Of a stretch of DNA of 64,000 bases, positions 12,407 through 24,818 are shown piece after piece (within the stretch, counting starts at the first letter, position 1; each line of letters starts with the position of its first letter). This DNA is from Paraphysomonas bandaiensis (taxonomy: Eukaryota > Protista > Chrysophyceae). The translations under genes were made by a program, and so were the position numbers. Below the pieces are notes generated by a model. The model was not told the DNA's origin, did no database searches, and saw nothing but the letters and a program-made list of their open reading frames with translations. The stretch lies in NCBI GenBank assembly GCA_965644295.1, contig CBFFRP010000432.1:248001-312000 (forward strand). The letters run 5' to 3'.

Positions 12407-15400
12407 ATGAATGAGAATGAGACTGTTCGATTCCGTAAAATCAATCCAATCTATAACGCCATAGATGCCCATAATTATAAGGGCGCGATCAAGTTATGTC
12501 AGAAGAAAGATATAGCCAGTTGGGATATTTCAAAGTCTCTAATGGCGTATTGTTTGGCGAAGATAGGGAAGTCTGCAGATAGTCTTTCATTAGCCAGAGA
12601 GGTTAAGGTATGATAGTTTGAAGGGACTCATGGTTCTTGTGATAACAATCGTACAGGAGAATAAATCTGTAGATGAAGCAGTTCTCAGTGCACTTGCTCT
12701 TACATTTAAACTTCTGAAAGCAGATGATGATGTGACGGAGTGTTATGAAAATGCGTATAATCAATTACCTGAGCATGATGGATTCGCAGCCGAGGTTTCC
12801 TTTGCTAGCTGTAGCATAGACTGCTCTCCTCATATGTACTGTTTTAGGTGTTTAAATGTTATGCAAGGTCCGGAAATTTCAAGAAAATGCAGCAAGTATA
12901 AGCCAACCTTCTTGTTATTTATCATATTCTTATTGTTGTCAACGTAGCTCTCTCAGAAGTTTTATAAATCGAAAGGACAGTCTCGGTACATATTCTGGTC
13001 AGTCAGCAGCATGTTACATCAATCTGACCTCCCGGTAGCCATGCTAGACCTGTGCGAGAAGATGATACTCAAGGTAGAAGTCATAATTTAAATGAAGTAT
13101 ATGCATCTATAGATTGTGAATGACTAGCTTATTATTGTGCTACGTACGTTGTTCAAACTTGCCTGATTTTGTGCACCGTATTGAATAGTTGATTGATACA
13201 TTAGTTATACGATATGCATATAATGTGCACACAGATTTTTGATGAAAAGAGCGATGGTCTACAGCCGGGAGCGGAGGAGCTCAAGCTGCTGGTTGATACT
13301 CTTCGCCGCAAAGCTTCTCACCCATCTACCGATTTGCTCAATAAATGTAGTACATTAGAAAGATGCTTGGGCTACATTCAAAATTACGCCTCGAGGTGAG
13401 TTGTGAAACTATCTTACGTGCTAATAAAAGTTTGAGGTACATGTGGATTTACGTTATAACCCGATGTGCACTGACAATTACGAAATGTTGTGGGCAAAAA
13501 TGAAGTGTGCGATGTATATAGGCCGAAACCACCGCCCATATCAGATGACAAAGCGTTTACCAACGACACCTCTCTCGTCAAGTTCCACCCGACTCATGTC
13601 AAACTACTTTCCATCGATGTGCTCAAAGAGCTGCGTAAGTACCAACTGCAGCAACCCACTTCTGAATGTTCAAGTTTGCCAAGGAGTGAAACATCTGATA
13701 ATGTGAGTGTGCTAATGACATCTCTTTTGAAAGAAGTGCTCGTGGAGCTGCCAGACCAGTGGGATGCGTTGGAGTCTCTTGTGCGCCTACACATCGATTC
13801 GTGCATTGATTCTGAAGGGCGTTGTGACTTGCCTGTAATATGTCGATTCCACGAAGAACTAAAGAGCATGCAAAGCCAGCCTGTTAAAAACAGGGGACCA
13901 TTCTTGGCTGAGATGCTTCTGTTGTGCTCTTGGTGTGATGTGGTATCAAAGGCTCAGGGATCCCCTGCCGACTTACCGTCGTGCTGGACTTCTAGCGCAG
14001 CAGAGGATGATGTGACAGAGGCAATGCACAATATGACAATAGAATCCGCTGTTGGCGTCGAGAGTTCACTCTCTGCGTCTGCTCAGCGAGAGCTGATCAG
14101 ACTTGTTTCTTCATATATGAAGATGTTTGACTGCAAACAGTGCTGTTTCACAGACATAAAGCCGTACATGGCTAAGCTCTCGGGTCCTGCTGCTGAGTCC
14201 TTAAGGTTATGGGCGACACACCGCGCAGCCGAGTTCCATGATGAACTTTTGAGACTGGCAGAGGCGGATGCCCTGGAACACGCAAAGGACACGTCGTCTA
14301 CAAAAGATGGTGACCGTTCAAGTGATACTAACATGGTTGCGACTCTCCTATGTCGGCTCTGCAAGTTGCTTCAGGTAGATTATTTCCTGGCTATCACCAA
14401 TGGCAGACCTCCTAGTGCACTCACCTCGCCGCAATCACTGCTGGATATATACTGCCGTACCCATGCTGTAGGGGCAGGAAAATGTGTAGGTGGACTGCGA
14501 GAGGTGCAGCCAGGTGACGAATTGTTGCTGCTTGCCTCAACTATTATGAAGAAAGAGTTGATGTCGTGTAGATTGAAATCCGATGTTGATGAGGTATGTA
14601 TGAACTTAATGTGTTTGAAATCCATTTTGCAAACGTTACTTTTTGGTTTTACCATGTGCGATTGGAATACTACCTTAGTGATGCCGCTACTCACATTTCT
14701 AATTGTTGTAAGGCTGCTCGTGAAGACGAACTTACACAGCTGAGCCTTCGTTGGGCTTCGCTATTGCAAGTTGGACGGACTTCTTCCTCTCACAGCTACT
14801 GCTTTCCACTCGAACTGCTTGAGCCGCTGCGAATGCTTGGGTGCGCGGAGTATGCTCTAGAGTCCTTCAACTCTCTGTCAGTGAAGTTCATCCAGGTGCT
14901 CATTGCCATCACCATGGAATAACTTAGCTAATTCTTGATATTAGTTGGACTCAATGCCGTATATTATTCTTCCTGCCTTGTACGAAGGGGGATTGCTGAA
15001 TGAAGCAAATCAACTTTGCCGTAGTATTATCTCCTTTCACGACACGTCTCAAAGGGAGACGAAGACAATGATAGCGAACAGTTTCGAGTTCTCCAATTAC
15101 GCTAAGGTACTTCTACAACATTATAGATTTGAGCCGTCTTACTTTCACACCACCAAGGGTCTGGAATTAGGAGAGTTTTTGAGGAAATGTCAGCAGTCTA
15201 CTCAGCTTGCTTTAGCCCGGGCTGAATATCCGATATTGGAAGCAGAAACCAAGCTTCACTCTCCTCAGGATATTGCTACTTATTTACAGGTGTGCATATT
15301 TATGACTGTGATGCGCGATCCCTGACAGTGGTATGCGTTTGTAAGACCTACATAGCGGGCTTGGTATTGGAGTCTCAGAGCGAATTAAGTGGTGAACAGC

Positions 15401-16554
15401 TATCTCAGCTGGTGGATAACATGGACTACGATTTGCTCACTCGTCTGGAAGAAGTTCCCGGTAGCAGTGAAGAGGACCAGAGAAAGCGCATACGACGAGG
15501 ACAATATGAAGACCGTATTAAGCGATCTCAAGAATTGCTCCGTTTAGTTATGCACATCTTACAGGGTGATACAGAGTCTTCAACAAGTCGAATTGATTCT
15601 CTTGAAGCGTCTCTGTTCTTTAATTCTTCGGAAAAGACGGTGTCATCCCCGGTGACATGGTCCCAACGAATATGCACTGAAAGTGGTGATGGCTATGCCG
15701 TGGAGAAGTCTGTGTGGGAGATACTGCTGGGTGTGTCTCGGGCATGTGTATTATCGCAGCGCATTGCTGCTATCAAAAAGATCACAGCTGCAGACTCAGA
15801 AAAGAAAGTGGACAGTGCTTTGGTGGACGACCTGCAGTCGACATGTGAACTCATTCGTGCCTCTGTGTCGTCCCTGCACTCCGGCCTTGTACCCTCTGTG
15901 GAGTCCCGTGATAGCTTATATCTCCGTACCACTAGGGAAGGACAGAGTGATGTGTCATCTCCGATTCTCCGGCCATCGTGGATTCGTGAGGTGCCTGTAT
16001 TTAACGCGTTGAATGAATACGGATAATTATGTGTTGTATGTAAACAGGTCAGCTATGTCGTCAGCACTCTTGGTACCTGGTTACCGATATTACTCTCGCA
16101 CTCTATGACTTCACTATCTGCCGGTGAGAGCACAGATGGCAAAAAGAAGAAGAAGAAGAAGGCATCAAAGAACGACAGCAGTTCATCTGAGGAAAAATCC
16201 GTTATGCAGGGAGTGATTGAGGCATACAAGGAGCTTACTTGTGAGTGCTATATTGTTTCATTAAAGGGGCATACGTGTGATATATATTGCTGTATAGGTG
16301 CATTGGAGACCATACTGGAAGAGGAGTCACAGAGGCACGACTCATCTGTCGTAGAGAGCGCTGTCTCCGCTGTTAGAATTCTGTCTCAACGTGCTCGAGT
16401 AGAAGACTCACAGGACTATGTGGGTAGCGACCTCACAGAAAATTGCCTCAAGACGGCACATGTTGTAGTTGCGGAAAAGTTATTATCGTCGCAGGCGTTG
16501 ACCTGTAGTCGACTGTTTACTGTACTGCGAAGCAAAAAACATGTAGTAGTGTAG
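12407..16554 (+). CDS. NAA25: NatB N-acetyltransferase auxiliary subunit NAA25/MDM20, multi-exon
   Basis: N-terminal RKINPIYNAIDAHNYKGAIKLC and internal FDCKQCCFTDIKPY and QPGDELLLLA match conserved NAA25 blocks. C-terminal poly-Lys tract. Confidence 0.88.
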
Positions 16555-16936
16555 GGCGTAGAGTTAGCGTACCCACTATCAGGTTGCGTGGAGTGCAGCT
16601 GTGATTTCAGTGCATCGCCATCGATTTCCTTGTTTATGTAGCCAACTCTTAAAGCAGATTTAGTACACATTCATTAAAGATTCTTTAATTTGTGCTTTTT
16701 GTCGTAGTTGGATGAGCATTGTAATTCCACCCAAGTAAAATTACGAAACTACGACCTCAACTGCGTGATTACACAAACACACAAGAGAAGCACACAAAGG
16801 TGTAATATAAGATGTGGCTGTGCTACGCAGCAGAGTGCAGAGTATACTTCATATCCTTCAAATCACTACATTTATAATTTACATATTTATATATAAAAAA
16901 CTTAGGCAATATATCAATTCGTAACAGTGTCCAGTA

Positions 16937-18520
16937 CAGGGCCTGGTAACCATTAATGGTAGTCCAGTTCCCGGCAATTATAATGACATTAATGAAAAAA
17001 GTCCCGGCAATTATAATAGCCATTAATACCTACTAACTTAAAGTAGATAACACCACTCATGTAATAGATAGTGTTGTGCTCCCTTAATTACTAATTTTTA
17101 GTGAAATAGCAGACTACAAATTTTAACTACATCTTGTTCTCTACTGGCACATCAGGATCTTCTTGCAGAGCTTCATGGAGGTATAAACATCCCACAACAT
17201 GTAATTGGCTCGTAGGAAAAGCAACGATTCTAGACGATACGGATTCATGTTTCTACGCTCAGGTGTCATAATCAACTTTGCACGACTAAAGAGCCTCTCA
17301 ACAACATTAAATTGTGCTTCAATATGAAGCAAGCAGCGGTAGTTGGACTAATAGGTACCAAGTCGAACTCTCTTGGTAACCTCGGCGCTGTCTAGAACAC
17401 GCTGTGCAAAAGCAGTTCCTTCACTCTCGTCCTCGTTATTTCTGTCGGGTACACCAACCTCCATGGACGAATACAGTTGCAAATGTCGAACTGCTCTTCT
17501 CTCATTGCCTGTCAACTCTCTTTCATCGTTCCCTTGAATTTTAGCCACTGCCTTCTCAAAATTTGCACTGGCAACAATGCTTGCATTCGGGGAAAGGTAT
17601 GGATGCAGCTCTGGAAATTCTTGTAGCAACATATCAAATAACTGGCGGGCTTGGTACAAATTGGTTCCATCTCTTTGTAAGGCCAGCGTAACACTATGCA
17701 ACTTTTCAAGCTGCGTCAAATATTGTTTCAGATCTCGAAATTTAGCTGGAGTAAGAATCTTATCTTCCAGGGTGCTCGGGAAATTACATTCACCAAGAAA
17801 AGGATGCAGTTTTACGTATTTAACCAGCATGTTGTATGTTGAAGACCACCGAGTCACATTTCTTCTTTCCGGCTTTATGTTTGTCTTCTGCGGAAGCAAA
17901 CTTGCATTCTTCAGCGTCCTTAGATCTTTCATCAATAAATCGATTCTTTCAATAATGGTAGAGAGGCCTGTCTGGTCGTAGAAAATATTTGCAATTGCTA
18001 AATTCAGTCGATGTGAGTAGCAACCAACCATTGGCTTCTCCATTACTTCAGCCAGTTTGCGATTTACTGCACAGTTATCACACACAAGACAATCGACATT
18101 GGCAAGAGTTTTATTGAATAATTGCAGCTGATTAATGACATAATCTCCGATATCAGTCGCAGTAAATTCAATACCAGGTAAATCGTTTTCGTCCGGTTGC
18201 TCTTGAGGTCCGCAGCATAGTAACACTCGAGTAACCCCAGCTTCATTTTTCCTTGGACCACATTGCTTATATTGCAATATAATAATCTGACTTGCCATCG
18301 CATGTCCACCCATCAAAAACTAGACCAAATTTATCTGGTAACATAATACTCAACTTCCTTTCCACGAGTATATGTAAATATTTCATCACCGTCTTCACTG
18401 AGATGGGTGCTAAATTGGCGCTCTTCCGAACATACTTATTCTCCACGATAGAAAATGGTTCGTCGTTCATAACTATCCATTCCAGCCACCGAAATAAGTT
18501 CCTTGAAGCAGGACTCCAGT
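16937..18520 (-). mobile_element. Decayed hAT-superfamily DNA transposon (5'-truncated; transposase pseudogene)
   Basis: Motifs FGLVFDGWT, CDNCAVNRKLA, GCYSHRLNLA, NVTRWSSTYNML and dimerisation-domain VERLFSRAK...LFLRAN. One frameshift near 18300 and an in-frame TAG at 17348. Candidate terminus CAGGGCCTGG at 16937 with subterminal repeat TCCCGGCAATTATAAT x2. Partner TIR not found. Confidence 0.88.
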
Positions 18521-19205
18521 AAACCAACATAACTGTTATAGGGCTATAAGTTTCCTCGATGTCAACTACTATAAAGACGAACACAAAAGTTATAAAGACG
18601 GCTCTCAATACAACGAATATGACTGTCATATTATGCTTTATGTTCCAACAACCCAAATTCTGATAAACTGTAGGTGAGAGTCGTAACCGTAAAGTTGTAG
18701 CTAGCAGCTTACAGAAGATGTGAGACAAATCAATATACGAAACATCGCATGAGCTCGTAGCGGTAAAAAGTAGGATGTTAACATCATGTACCATGAACTA
18801 TTTACTATTAAGTATACGCACATAGTCCATAGTCGTATACTAGCTTGAAAGCCTTATGGAAATAATAAGGCATAAGGCATTCAATATATAGTATATACAA
18901 AGCATATATTGTTTATACTTTATACTAATAAACCGGTGTTAACATGAATTGTATTCAAGTACAAGGAAGTTTACTAATGCTATCGGAAATATGAAACCTG
19001 TTGTACTTCGTATGACGCAATTATGCATAGTAGAGAAGTATTGCTCCAGCGCATCTAGTTTTTCCCACTTCGTACTCACTTCCTCGATGTCAACTACTAT
19101 AAAGACGAGCACAATAATATGTAAACGCATAGATGTTAAAAAAATTAAATAGTGGACCACGAAACTTCTTCTCTATAGATATATATGTTACTCGTATCTT
19201 GTAAA

Positions 19206-20888
19206 CTATTGCACACGGCTCATATGAATTCTCTTTAACGCATCTGAAAGTAATCGAGAATGCTGCCAAGGATCCACCATGTGGTACATTTCTCTAGCGG
19301 CTTCCAACATTCCATTTGCTGTCCATCTGAAAACCTCTGGGCGTTCATAGGCAATTACGATTGCTTCTGCCAGAGCTTCCACGCTAACTGTATCTAACAG
19401 ATGGGATGCGAGTGGATGAATAGATTCTTGTGAGCCTGATCGATTAAAAGCTATCAATGGTGTACCACACACCATTGCCTCTGTGTGTGTGATACCAAAG
19501 GTCTCGCCCCTACACTTGGGATTTACTACGAGGTCTGCCTTGCACAAGAGCTCATGAAAGTCTGATCTGTATCCATAAAAGTGAATATGATCACTCATTT
19601 GCAAAGCGTGTGTTAACTCCTGTATATACGCAAGCATAGGTCCTGTACCAACGACAACAAACTCAAAATTATCATTCAAATAATTATGGGGAAAGGTTGA
19701 GTAGAGATGTGCTACTGTTCGTATAAATAATCCTGGATTAAGATCAAAGGATACCCGCCCAAAAAATCCGACCTGATATTTTCCACCACTACGCCTTGGC
19801 CACGGCAGCGGTGTGAATGTAGTCTGCTCTTCACAGGCAGGATAAACCAGCTCAACTCGCTTTCCAGAAGTGACCGAAGTGCTATGTCGTGCAACGTAAA
19901 GTGAAGGCGCGAGCAGGCCGTCCACAACACTTGTCCATGTGTCTGCATACGCTTCCGCGATGTCGTACAGATTGCATAGATCAAGCACTACACTGGGAGA
20001 AGCTTCTCCAAGGTTACGAAGATAAAGCACGTGATTGAACAATACATTGGTTTGAGGATCACCAAAGGTGTTGCCGGCCAGAAGCACGTCGACATCACGC
20101 AGGAATGCGACCACATCGGGATCCAACTGGTGCATAGTGTTTACAAACATAGAGTCCACGTGCAATCGCGGGATGAAGACAAGGGGGCAGTCACACTCAG
20201 CAAACTTCTCTAACAAAAGACCACCCTGCTGGGCAATTATAAAACTGACACGAATTGCAGAGGATTGGGAACGACAAGTATAGCAGCCATATCGCATCAT
20301 TCTCATGTTACAGCCCTGTACATCCAAATCTTTGAAAAAAACGGCCACGTGTAGAGGTTTATTGTTCCAAGCTCTACTCATATCAACAAGTTTATCATTT
20401 ATTCCATAAAACATGGGGTCTGCACTGTTAAGCACATCGAATATCACTATATCCTGTCCAAGCACACGTGTTATACCTCTTTGAGCAGCATCGATATCAA
20501 TAACAGCGCACACATATTGCAGAGTAGCAGATAACGAGTTGTTCACATGTACTGATAAGCTAGCATTAAGATCTCCATGTATGTCTGGCTCCAAACCATA
20601 GCAGTTGTAAGCAGGAGTTGGAAATCCTCTGTTGGGATCCTCCCATTGAGATGCATTGAATAACCCGTCTATAGTGTATACCGGATATATACACAGGCCC
20701 ACACTACTCCATACTATACTAGAGGAGGCTACAGCATGTGCATGTACGGATATAGTGAAGGAATTGAGGTCAATGACACTTGAATTGGAGGGTGAGGTGA
20801 TATGGACACTTACAGTGGATTGTTTTCCCCATACGAGAGTATTATACAGTATTATTACGAGTGATATGTATATATAAGAGAGAGCCAT
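19206..20888 (-). CDS. GT-B glycosyltransferase (GT4 / Glycos_transf_1) with N-terminal signal/anchor, intronless
   Basis: VGFFGRVS, VVVGTGP and ETFGITHTEAMVCGTPLIAF (E-x7-E motif). Likely ATG at 20888 gives MALSYIYISLVIILYNTLVWG. Confidence 0.88.
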   Translation of the reverse strand: MALSYIYISLVIILYNTLVWGKQSTVSVHITSPSNSSVIDLNSFTISVHAHAVASSSIVWSSVGLCIYPVYTIDGLFNASQWEDPNRGFPTPAYNCYGLEPDIHGDLNASLSVHVNNSLSATLQYVCAVIDIDAAQRGITRVLGQDIVIFDVLNSADPMFYGINDKLVDMSRAWNNKPLHVAVFFKDLDVQGCNMRMMRYGCYTCRSQSSAIRVSFIIAQQGGLLLEKFAECDCPLVFIPRLHVDSMFVNTMHQLDPDVVAFLRDVDVLLAGNTFGDPQTNVLFNHVLYLRNLGEASPSVVLDLCNLYDIAEAYADTWTSVVDGLLAPSLYVARHSTSVTSGKRVELVYPACEEQTTFTPLPWPRRSGGKYQVGFFGRVSFDLNPGLFIRTVAHLYSTFPHNYLNDNFEFVVVGTGPMLAYIQELTHALQMSDHIHFYGYRSDFHELLCKADLVVNPKCRGETFGITHTEAMVCGTPLIAFNRSGSQESIHPLASHLLDTVSVEALAEAIVIAYERPEVFRWTANGMLEAAREMYHMVDPWQHSRLLSDALKRIHMSRVQ

Positions 20889-21064
20889 TAGATATGAGCA
20901 CAGCTCAGTGCATGATAAGGTATATATATACGATATAGATGACACTATAAGCACAGGCTTTAATATAGGAGGGAAGTGAGGCATCTGCATACACATTGTC
21001 CACTTCAGAATTACTAGAATTAGTTTATATATTATAATTTCCAAGTGTTTGTTGTACACTAACA

Positions 21065-21142
21065 GACTGGATGGCCGAGTGGTCTAAGGCGCCAGTTTAA
21101 GGCACTGGTCTTCGGGCGTGGGTTCGAATCCCACTTCAGTCA
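21065..21142 (+). tRNA. trnL-AAG: tRNA-Leu(AAG)
   Basis: Acceptor GACTGGA/TTCAGTC, A-box TGGCCGAGTGG, anticodon arm CCAGT-TTAAGGC-ACTGG, B-box GGTTCGAATCC, T-run terminator downstream. Confidence 0.96.
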
Positions 21143-21203
21143 AATATATTTTTCTTTTTTTCACACTAAAATATTATACATGTGCTGGCATAATAAAAAG
21201 ATT

Positions 21204-21281
21204 TGACTGAAGTGGGATTCGAACCCACGCCCGAAGACCAGTGCCTTAAACTGGCGCCTTAGACCACTCGGCCATCCAGTC
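21204..21281 (-). tRNA. trnL-AAG: tRNA-Leu(AAG), identical convergent copy
   Basis: Exact reverse complement of 21065-21142. Its own T5 terminator reads AAAAA at 21195-21199 on +. Confidence 0.96.
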
Positions 21282-21632
21282 CTTATTGATAATATCAGTA
21301 GTTAATTTTATATAATATATATGCATAATTATAAGATAATGGAAGGAGGATTTGTACGTTATACTCCTCTATGTGTGTGTTAGATACACTTGAGATCGAC
21401 ACTCTCACTATATCCCTTACAACGACCTTGACAAGCACCATTCTTGTAACTTCTGCTCCGTTGGGATAGTTATCTTTTCCTTTGTGAGTGTTGTAACTTT
21501 GAATGAGCGTATATATGTATATAGTAACACAACTGCTCTGAGGTTCACTCTGAGAACTACAAGTGGGGCACATCATCAAACTATACATATTTACATATAC
21601 TATCCATGATACTTTAGTTTAGTTTTTGTATA

Positions 21633-23172
21633 ATGGGGTCTGCATTGGGATGCACTGCATCTTCGTCTATTATATACTCTTTAGTGCCTGAGATCGGAAA
21701 AATGCAGACAGATTTCTACTGTCTGAATCTGTCAGAGCATGATGTGGGTAAAATGTACAGTGTTTTCATTTCAATAGATATGAATTCCAACGGCTACATT
21801 GAAAGTGATGAGTTATCGAAAAAGTTAAAACTCCGAGCGACAACATTTTCTGATCGCATATTTAACCTCTTTGATATGAACCATTCCGGTAGGTACTACG
21901 AAAGTGTATCGTTCAAATATGTCCGTGACTGATATAACACGTTAATTTCTAGGCAGAATAGATTTTAGAAGTTTCGTGCTAACAACTTGGAACTTTTGCA
22001 CCGTCGAAAAGACATCTCTGGGTACGGTATACATATTTGCATATGATAACTCTGAAAGTCGCTATGATACAGAGCGACTGATTTTCGATATGTATGATGA
22101 AGACGATGGAGGTGCTATAGAGACGAAACACATTCATAAATTCTTGAAAGATATATATGGAGCAGAATTCAAGAAGAACCAAAATGTTCAGAAGTGAGTT
22201 TCGCTTTATTTTGCACGTAATAGTCAGGCCGAACTTGTTCCTATCTTTCATGAAGTTATAGCGTGCCATAGTACATAATAATCGACCTGTGATATCACCG
22301 GCTAATTGAATTGTGTGTTAGGGCTGTTGATGGTCTGGTAGAATTCCAACGTTCATCTAACCTAATGTCTGCTGATGCCTTCCATACCTTCTGCCGGCGC
22401 CACGCGTATATTCTTTACCCTGTAACTGTGCTCCAAAGCACACTACGAGATATGGTCCTGGGAAGGGATTTCTGGATTGGCCAGGCTGCCAATCGACTGG
22501 AGATATGTGATGGTCAGTACATCCCATTTAAAGTGCTATTCCGAGAGCTGCGTACTGGGAGGCGAGATCGGACCCGGTGTCTGGAAAGCAGTGAGGCCGT
22601 TCTTAGAAAGCAGATTAATTCCGGTTCAGTGTCTTCTTCGCGATCAAGCACTAGAAGCAGCAAGGACGAGGGAGGCAGGTCTGGCCATTGGATGGCGGGG
22701 AAAACTAGAAGCCTTTCCAATATACCACCTGAGAGCCAGACAGAGTGAGTTCAGTTCGCGTCAATAATATATTTTATTATCTACATTGTAGGGTCAGTAG
22801 TAGTGCAAATCACAGTCCCAGTGTAAGTCATCGAAAAAAAAGACCCAAATGTGCTTCCTCCCCGTAAGTTCATGTTTTTGTTATTTTTATTTCGAACCTG
22901 TTGTCGATATGAAATGGACGTCTCCTTGTAGTGCGATCACCTTATTGAATTCCTGGGCTATTTCTGTTTGTTGTAACAGTTTGTTGTGGTAGAGTGGATG
23001 CTTTTTTGACAAAACAACTCGATAAAAAGATGGCGCACGGGTAAGTAGACGAGTTGATTATTACCTCAACATATCCCTGTAATTACGTTGTAGGGACGGG
23101 CGTGGCAGTGCTGTCACTGTTTGTCGAGGTCACAATTCTAAAGCAATTAAGTCCAAGCCTAAGCGAATTTAA
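21633..23172 (+). CDS. Calcineurin-B-like EF-hand protein with predicted N-myristoylation, multi-exon (3' exons approximate)
   Basis: MGSALGCTASS N-terminus. EF loops DMNSNGYIESDE, DMNHSG|RIDFRSF and DEDDGGAIETKH. Ser-rich tail. Confidence 0.8.
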
Positions 23173-23572
23173 GTTGTGTTAAATAGCTGCAAGACTGTGT
23201 GTTGTATGTATGTATGTATGTTTGTATTGAATTACAGTTGTATTGTAGAGTAACGTTCACCATATATGTACGTTTTAGCAGGACGTACAGTGCTACGAGT
23301 CTACGTTATATATATGGGGATTGTCTACCGTTAAATATGTGCAGAGTTGTGATCTTATTCGTTAAAAACTGAGTAGCACATTTGTTCAACGCAGCAGTGT
23401 AGTAATATTGGTGTGAGTATACAATGAATCAAAGTACACAGACGATATACAACTACAGAAGCACTCAGTAATCATATGTAGCTTAAGAAGTAAACGTGAA
23501 CGGTAACTTAGATCTCTTAATGATACGTAATACGCGGTTCGCGAAAATCCGTAACAATGATTTCGCCAATGG

Positions 23573-24725
23573 TATTGACAATTGACCATTTTTAGATGAT
23601 TAAGATCGTTGTAAGAGAAGTTTAAGTTAGTCAAACATTTTGTATACAATTATAATAAAGTAATCTCTATCTAGTTTGACTAACTTAAATGTGTATACAA
23701 TTATAATAAAGTAATCTATCTAGTTTGACTAACTTAAACTTCTCTTACAACGATCTTAATCATCTAAAAATGGTCAATTGTCAATATGGTAGCGAATGCG
23801 GAGGAGAGAAGGAGGATAGAGCTGATGTTCCATGGTTCGACGAGAGCAACGTTGAACAATGGATCGAAGACTTTGAGACGTTCCTTATGAGAAAGGAGCA
23901 GAGTGAGGTGGCTCTAGAAAGGCCACCAGAGGAAGAGGATTTCGGAATTCAACCCCTGAATAGTCTTGAGACTAAGTCCTACAAAGAAGCGGTGGACAAG
24001 TATTGGAAGGCGAATGCAATTGCCTACTCATACTGCAGAAAGGCGGTGAAGCGATCTCCGAAGGCGCTGCAGAAGTTTCATCTGAAGCACAAGGAGTTCA
24101 AGGCAGCTGAAGGAAGGATTAATAAGTTCAGCGCCAGAGAGATGGTTAGCACTCTTAAATCGTGTTTTGAAGGAGGAACACAAAACAAGATTAGCGCTCT
24201 GCTTGCTCAGTTTGGATCATTCGAGATGAAGCCAGGGGAGACCGCGAAAGAGTATGTACTGCGTTTTGGGCTGCTTTTTCGTGAACTACATAACTGTGTT
24301 ACAGCGAAGTGTGATGTTCACAGTATCTTTATGAAGATTTTCACATCCGTTTTATCCTAAGATGACTAGATGATAGATATAGCTGCAGTATAATGACGAT
24401 TACTCGTTTCTACATTGAGGAGGAGTGTTGGAATACGTATGTTTCTCTAAGATAGTACTGTAGAATACGTTAAATACAATAGTCAATAGTCAAAGATGCT
24501 ATATAGCTATAACTGTGAAACAGAAGTATTATATCATGACGATTCAAGATACGGAAGTTGAGCAGTGGTTGACATGAACGAAATAATTTATCATGTTATT
24601 GACATGTGTTACATGACACACACACAATTGTGTATACAATTATAATAAAGTAATCTATCTAGTTTGACTAACTTAAACTTCTCTTACAACGATCTTAATC
24701 ATCTAAAAATGGTCAATTGTCAATA
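23573..24725 (+). mobile_element. Internally deleted Ty1/Copia derivative bounded by 64-bp inverted LTR ends, 5-bp TSD AATGG
   Basis: 3' LTR 24426-24725 (TGTTG...CAATA) after PPT ATTGAGGAGGAG. Partial 5' LTR 23690-23786 followed by PBS TGGTAGCGA. gag-like ORF VPWFDESNVEQWIEDFETFL. AATGG at 23568-23572 and 24726-24730. Confidence 0.9.
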
Positions 24726-24818
24726 AATGGTAGATAGTCTCCCTTTATTCTTGTTCATTATACGTACGCCCAAATTTATAATATCAATCAAGCAGTAAAT
24801 TATTTTATTCAATGAATA

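Noticed and set aside
17348-17350. In-frame TAG in the transposase as evidence of stop-codon reassignment
   Set aside because: Host genes end in TAA/TAG normally (RPL24 TAA, NAA25 TAG) and the element also has a frameshift, so this is decay.
18551-19115. ~30-bp direct repeat TTCCTCGATGTCAACTACTATAAAGACGA at ~18552 and ~19080
   Set aside because: Real but short. No termini or TSD define an element, and it is probably debris at the truncated hAT end.
23386-23649. ORF sharing an N-terminal peptide with the + strand gag ORF
   Set aside because: An artefact of the 64-bp inverted LTR end, not a gene.
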